A stretch of DNA of 47,518 nucleotides from Gemmatimonadota bacterium (GTDB taxonomy: Bacteria; Latescibacterota; UBA2968; UBA8231): positions 1-47,518 of the forward strand of contig JAYPJE010000001.1 of assembly GCA_038128265.1 (NCBI GenBank), read 5' to 3'. Made by a program: the position numbers and the translations under genes. The notes under the pieces are model-generated. The model saw only the letters and a list, made by a program, of their open reading frames with translations, did no database searches and was not told the origin of the DNA. Below, in pieces: positions 43,425 to 47,518 of this stretch; position 1 is the stretch's first letter; each line of letters begins with the position of its first letter.

Positions 43425-44749
43425 TGTTCGAGAACGCCCTGCGCTTTTTAAGCCTGGCCGATGCCAACGTGCGCTTCGTGCTCTTTGGCTCGCTGCTCAT
43501 TGGTGCGACGGGGGGCATGCTGGGATGCTTTGCCGTGCTGCGTCGGCGCAGCCTGATCGGCGATGCGCTGGCACACGCAGCGCTGCCGGGCGTGGCGCTG
43601 GCCTACCTGGCCACGGGGAGCAAGGCGCTGTCGGTCTTGCTGGTAGGAGCGACGTGCGCCGGCGTTGTTGGCGTGCTGTTTATTCAATTTGTGACCCAGT
43701 TTACGCGGATCAAAGCCGATTCGGCTATCGGCATCGTGCTGTCGGTATTCTTTGGCATTGGCATTGTCTTGCTAACGCATATCCAGCGCGTTGGCGGCGG
43801 CAACCAAAGTGGTTTGGATAAGTTCCTGTTCGGGCAGGCCGCCTCCATGGTCGGCGACGACCTCGTCGTCATGACGGTGCTGGCGGCTATTATTATCGTT
43901 GCCGTCTTACTGTTCTATAAAGAATTCAAAGCGCTAATTTTTGACCCGGGTTTTCTCAACACGCTGGGCTTTTCGACGCGCCGCATCGACGGTTTGCTGA
44001 TGGGGCTGATCGTTCTGACGGTAATGGTCGGTTTGCAGGCCGTTGGCGTTGTGCTTATTGCCGCCATGCTCATAACGCCCGCCGTGGCGGCGCGCTTCTG
44101 GAGCGAGCGTCTCGGCACGATGGTCATCGTATCGACGGCATTTGGCGCTATAGCCGGCGTCGTCGGCACCTTTATCAGTTCGCTGGCGCCGCGCATTCCC
44201 ACGGGGCCGGTTATGGTGCTTGTCGCAACGCTATTCTTTGTCGTTTCGGCCGTGTTCGCTCCGCGCCGCGGCGTGCTGGCTCGCTGGCGTCGCCATCGCC
44301 ACAACGCCCAGCGAGAATCTCGCCATCACTTTTTGCGCGCCTTTGTCGAACTGGTCGAGAAAGAAGGCGAGGCTTCGATTTTCTCGACGTCGCTGCTGGC
44401 GGCTGAGCTGGGGTGGAAAGCTCCACGCGTCGATCGCTTGGGTAAGCGAATCGCCCGCCAGGGCTACGCCCAGCGGCGCGACGGGGGGTGGGCGTTGACG
44501 CCGAGCGGGTTTGAAGAAGGGGTCTTTATCGTCAAGTCGCACCGCCTGTGGGAACACTACCTGTACCATCGCTCTATTTTGGACGCCGACCACGTCGACC
44601 GTCCGGCGGACGAAGTTGAGCATCTGCTGACGCCGGAGATTATTACCCGCCTTGAGGAAATTGTCGCTGAGGAGCGCGGTATCGATCCGGATCAGGTCGT
44701 TAATATACACGGATCGCTCAGTCACTACCGGCGCGGAGGACGCGAGTAA
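43424..44749 (+). CDS. troC: Metal ABC transporter permease with C-terminal DtxR-like domain (TroC/YtgC-like)
   Basis: ABC-3 'SLIGDALAHAALPG', 'FLFGQAA', 'KEFK...FDP', 'PTGP'; tail 'SHRLWEHYL...HVDRPADEVEH'. Confidence 0.88.
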   Translation: MFENALRFLSLADANVRFVLFGSLLIGATGGMLGCFAVLRRRSLIGDALAHAALPGVALAYLATGSKALSVLLVGATCAGVVGVLFIQFVTQFTRIKADSAIGIVLSVFFGIGIVLLTHIQRVGGGNQSGLDKFLFGQAASMVGDDLVVMTVLAAIIIVAVLLFYKEFKALIFDPGFLNTLGFSTRRIDGLLMGLIVLTVMVGLQAVGVVLIAAMLITPAVAARFWSERLGTMVIVSTAFGAIAGVVGTFISSLAPRIPTGPVMVLVATLFFVVSAVFAPRRGVLARWRRHRHNAQRESRHHFLRAFVELVEKEGEASIFSTSLLAAELGWKAPRVDRLGKRIARQGYAQRRDGGWALTPSGFEEGVFIVKSHRLWEHYLYHRSILDADHVDRPADEVEHLLTPEIITRLEEIVAEERGIDPDQVVNIHGSLSHYRRGGRE

Positions 44750-46029
44750 TGGCCATCGACGGTGCTTTCTGGATTGTTCTGACGGGCGCACTGGCCGCTG
44801 CCTCGTGCGGCTTGCTTGGCGCATTTTTGGTGCTGCGCAAGATGTCGCTCCTCGGCGATGCGCTCAGCCATGCCGTGCTGCCGGGTATTGCCATCGCCTT
44901 TCTGTGGTCGGACAGCCGCGCGATCATTCCCATGTTTATCGGTGCGGCCCTTTGCGGTCTCTTGACAACGGTTTTGGTCGAAGCTTTCCATCGCAAGTGG
45001 AACGTGCAGGAAGATGCCTCGATCGGCATTGTATTTACCGCGCTTTTTGCCCTGGGCGTCGTCATCGTTACGGCCTTTGCCGGCCAGGTCGACTTAGATC
45101 AGGAATGCGTCCTTTACGGCGAGATTGCCTATACGCCCTGGGACGTTTTGATGTGGGACGGTGTCGACGTAGGACCGCGCCCCGTATGGATATTGGGGGC
45201 GGTTCTGCTACTCAACTTGCTCTTTGTGCAGCTGCTGTATAAAGAGCTCAAAATGGCTTCTTTTGACCCGGCAATGGCCGTGGCCGTCGGTATTAACGCG
45301 ACGTTGGTCCACTATATGCTCATGGGCATGGTTTCCCTAACGACCGTTGCCGCTTTTGAGTCAGTGGGAGCCATACTTGTCGTAGCTATGCTCATTGTCC
45401 CAGGTGCTGCGGCCTATTTGTGGAGTGACAGACTGCACGTCATTCTCCTGCTGGCCGTTGTATTTGGGGTGGTTTCGGCCGTGGGGGGCTATTGGCTCGC
45501 CGGGCTGTGGGATAGCTCTATTGCGGGTGCGATGGTCGTAGTGGTCGGCGCCATTTTTGTCGCGTCTCTGCTGATTTCGCCGAATCAGGGGGTCGTCGCG
45601 CGCCTGTGGCAGCGCGCCATGCTGTCACTGCAGGTAGCCGAAGATCACATGCTGTTGGCATTGGTGCGCCGTTCCGAAGTGGAAGAGCCCTATCGGTTCA
45701 GCGCGTCGGAGCTGCTGCACGCAGCATCCGTGTCGTCTACCGTGGCGCGGTTGGCGCTGCGCCGCCTCGAGCGAAGTGGGCTAGTCGTCCGAGCCAGCGA
45801 CCGCTGGACGCTGGCGCCGGGCGGTCGTCAGGAGGCGCTGCGTCTCTTGCGCAACCACCGGCTATGGGAGAGCTATTTGAGTGATTTAGGCCTGCCGGAC
45901 GACCGCGTGCACGGGCCAGCCGATGCGGTAGAACACTTTATTGGCCAGCAGCTGGCCGCCGAACTGGTTGCGGAAGTGGATAGGCTGACCGACCCGCAGG
46001 GCAAGCGAATTCCCCCGTCGCAGGAATAG
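44749..46029 (+). CDS. troD: Metal ABC transporter permease with C-terminal DtxR-like domain (TroD-like)
   Basis: 'LLGDALSHAVLPG', 'VDLDQECVLYGEI', 'AFESVGAILVV'; tail 'RNHRLWESYL...VHGPADAVEH...DPQGKRIP'. Confidence 0.88.
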   Translation: MAIDGAFWIVLTGALAAASCGLLGAFLVLRKMSLLGDALSHAVLPGIAIAFLWSDSRAIIPMFIGAALCGLLTTVLVEAFHRKWNVQEDASIGIVFTALFALGVVIVTAFAGQVDLDQECVLYGEIAYTPWDVLMWDGVDVGPRPVWILGAVLLLNLLFVQLLYKELKMASFDPAMAVAVGINATLVHYMLMGMVSLTTVAAFESVGAILVVAMLIVPGAAAYLWSDRLHVILLLAVVFGVVSAVGGYWLAGLWDSSIAGAMVVVVGAIFVASLLISPNQGVVARLWQRAMLSLQVAEDHMLLALVRRSEVEEPYRFSASELLHAASVSSTVARLALRRLERSGLVVRASDRWTLAPGGRQEALRLLRNHRLWESYLSDLGLPDDRVHGPADAVEHFIGQQLAAELVAEVDRLTDPQGKRIPPSQE

Positions 46030-46071
46030 CACGAGAGGTTTACGTGCGACGGAATTAGGCTGTAGTTCGGC

Positions 46072-46401
46072 CTAGCCGCCGGCGCGTTTTGCCCGATGGC
46101 CGCGCTCCGTTAGGGCATCGACGATGCGGTCGGCACAATCCCCTTGGATTTCAATAATGCCGTTTTTGACCGACCCGCCCGTTCCACACAGGCGCTTGAG
46201 CTCGGAGGCGAGCTGTTTAAGCTCTTCGCCGCCGAGAGCCAAGTCGGATATCGTGGTCACCGTCTTACCGCCCCGTCCCTTTTTCTCGCGGCGCACGCGG
46301 GCGATGCCGTCGCCATTAGAGGGTGGCGCGTCGCCCTTTTTTTTGTTCTGCGCAATGCGCCCGCGCTCGCTGGAATAGACTAGGCGGCTGTTGTTGACCA
46401 T
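46072..46401 (-). CDS. yciH: SUI1/YciH translation factor homolog
   Basis: 'LVYSSE', 'REKKGRGGKTVT', 'LKRLCGTGGSVK..IIEIQGD', 'KRAGG'. Confidence 0.92.
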   Translation of the reverse strand: MVNNSRLVYSSERGRIAQNKKKGDAPPSNGDGIARVRREKKGRGGKTVTTISDLALGGEELKQLASELKRLCGTGGSVKNGIIEIQGDCADRIVDALTERGHRAKRAGG

Positions 46402-46433
46402 ATTGCCTCTCTCCCTACTCTGTTGGATATGCG

Positions 46434-47450
46434 CTATGCTTGCCCGCCGCGTTTTTTCACCGCTATGCGCACGCCGGCGACTCGGTTGCGCCCCGATTTC
46501 TTTGCGTTATAGAGCATTTCATCGGCCTGCTTAAACAAATCTTCTGATGTCAGGCTCCTGCGGCTCTTGCCGTCGGCTTCGGTATCAAACTCGATGCTGG
46601 CAACGCCGAGGCTAATCGTCACCGCCGTCCCGTCCGGCACGCGCAGGCTGTCGGCGGTTTTGGCGCGCATGCGTTCCGCCCACATCGTAGCCGACTGCAG
46701 GTCGGTATTGGTCAGAACGACGACAAATTCCTCGCCGCCGTAGCGAGCTGCCATATCGCTGCGGCGACATGACTCGCTTAGCAATTGGGCGAGCTCTCTT
46801 AAAACGACATCGCCCACGTCGTGGCCGAACGCGTCGTTGACTTTCTTGAAGTGGTCTATATCCATTACGACCATCGACAGCGTGCGCTCTTGCCGATAGG
46901 CATGGCTGATTTCTCGCTCGGTAAACTCGCTCAGCATATGTCGGCTGTAGAGTCCGGTCAGCGGATCGTGAAAGGCGATGTATTCTAGTTCGCGCTGCAC
47001 GGGCTGGGCTATACTGACAATGCGCTGGATAAGGGTCCACTGCAGGCGGCCGAGTGCGGCCGCATCGCCGGCTGCAAGCGGCGTGGAAAATGTTTCGGAG
47101 AAGTCGAGGAGCATGCGCCAGATTAGCTCGGCGATATGGCCATCTATGAGCGTTACGCCACTGAGCTCGCGGCTCAGAATATGGCGTTGAATCATCGAGC
47201 GGTCAGCTACGTTGATAAGCCAGTCCATCGAGTGGTTGCCAATAAACTGACCGGTGTCAGCATAGGTAGCAATGCCGCACGTTTTGGCCACTTCTATGGC
47301 GGGTGCCTGTGGGTCGATATCGCAGACGCCTACCACCTCTACTTGAGGCAGGTCGTGCAGCGCCTGCAGTAAGGCTGCGCCGCCCCGTCCACCGCCGATA
47401 ATTCCCACTTTTTTGGGGCTGATTTCGTCGTTTTGAGCGCTATTGATCAT
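46434..47450 (-). CDS. Diguanylate cyclase (GGEEF) with N-terminal Rossmann-like domain
   Basis: 'DPLTGLY', 'DIDHFKKVND.FGH..GD', I-site 'RRSD', 'RYGGEEF', 'AD..LY.AK..GRN'; N-terminal 'VGIIGGGRGG...VVGVCD'. Confidence 0.9.
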   Translation of the reverse strand: MINSAQNDEISPKKVGIIGGGRGGAALLQALHDLPQVEVVGVCDIDPQAPAIEVAKTCGIATYADTGQFIGNHSMDWLINVADRSMIQRHILSRELSGVTLIDGHIAELIWRMLLDFSETFSTPLAAGDAAALGRLQWTLIQRIVSIAQPVQRELEYIAFHDPLTGLYSRHMLSEFTEREISHAYRQERTLSMVVMDIDHFKKVNDAFGHDVGDVVLRELAQLLSESCRRSDMAARYGGEEFVVVLTNTDLQSATMWAERMRAKTADSLRVPDGTAVTISLGVASIEFDTEADGKSRRSLTSEDLFKQADEMLYNAKKSGRNRVAGVRIAVKKRGGQA

Positions 47451-47518
47451 AGGGGCGCCGTTTAGTGTACACGGGTGAGATAGAGATCACAAACATATTG
47501 AAAATAGCGCCCTTGGAC

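Noticed and set aside
1..47518. rRNA, tRNA, CRISPR arrays, IS elements or prophage genes
   Set aside because: Intergenic spaces are short and accounted for; no cloverleaf, regularly spaced repeats, transposase or phage motifs were seen by eye. tRNAscan, cmscan and CRISPR finders would confirm.

Overview
GC-rich bacterial chromosomal window. The T9SS-like C-terminal domain plus PorV-like pair, the long-form IspH and the BMC locus suggest an FCB-superphylum organism such as Ca. Latescibacterota (inference only). No rRNA, tRNA, CRISPR array or transposase was seen. In order, the window holds: the 3' end of a secreted protein plus a PorV-like barrel; a three-gene uncharacterised membrane system (M28-like pseudo-peptidase/FtsX fusion and two distant OPT-like proteins); a class-V PLP enzyme and a GNAT; ilvC-leuA-leuC-leuD-cimA-argJ-aminotransferase-accA with a candidate Leu/Ile/Val-rich leader peptide; queC-(dimethylformamidase-like)-queF; ispH; an ~11 kb bacterial microcompartment (BMC) locus; an HNH protein and a LON-domain protein; a DtxR/MntR-regulated TroABCD-type metal ABC transporter whose two permeases both carry DtxR-like tails; yciH; and a Rossmann-GGDEF protein. 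The BMC locus has four vertex proteins, nine hexamer-type domains spread over 2-, 1-, 2- and 4-domain proteins, an acylating aldehyde dehydrogenase, PduL, a Cys-rich protein, two DHDPS-family lyases, a DAO-family oxidoreductase and an FAH-family enzyme. The best candidates for an undescribed system are the BMC locus (atypical signature enzymes, four-domain shell protein) and the M28-like/FtsX plus dual OPT-like membrane system. All calls are by motif recognition without database searches.
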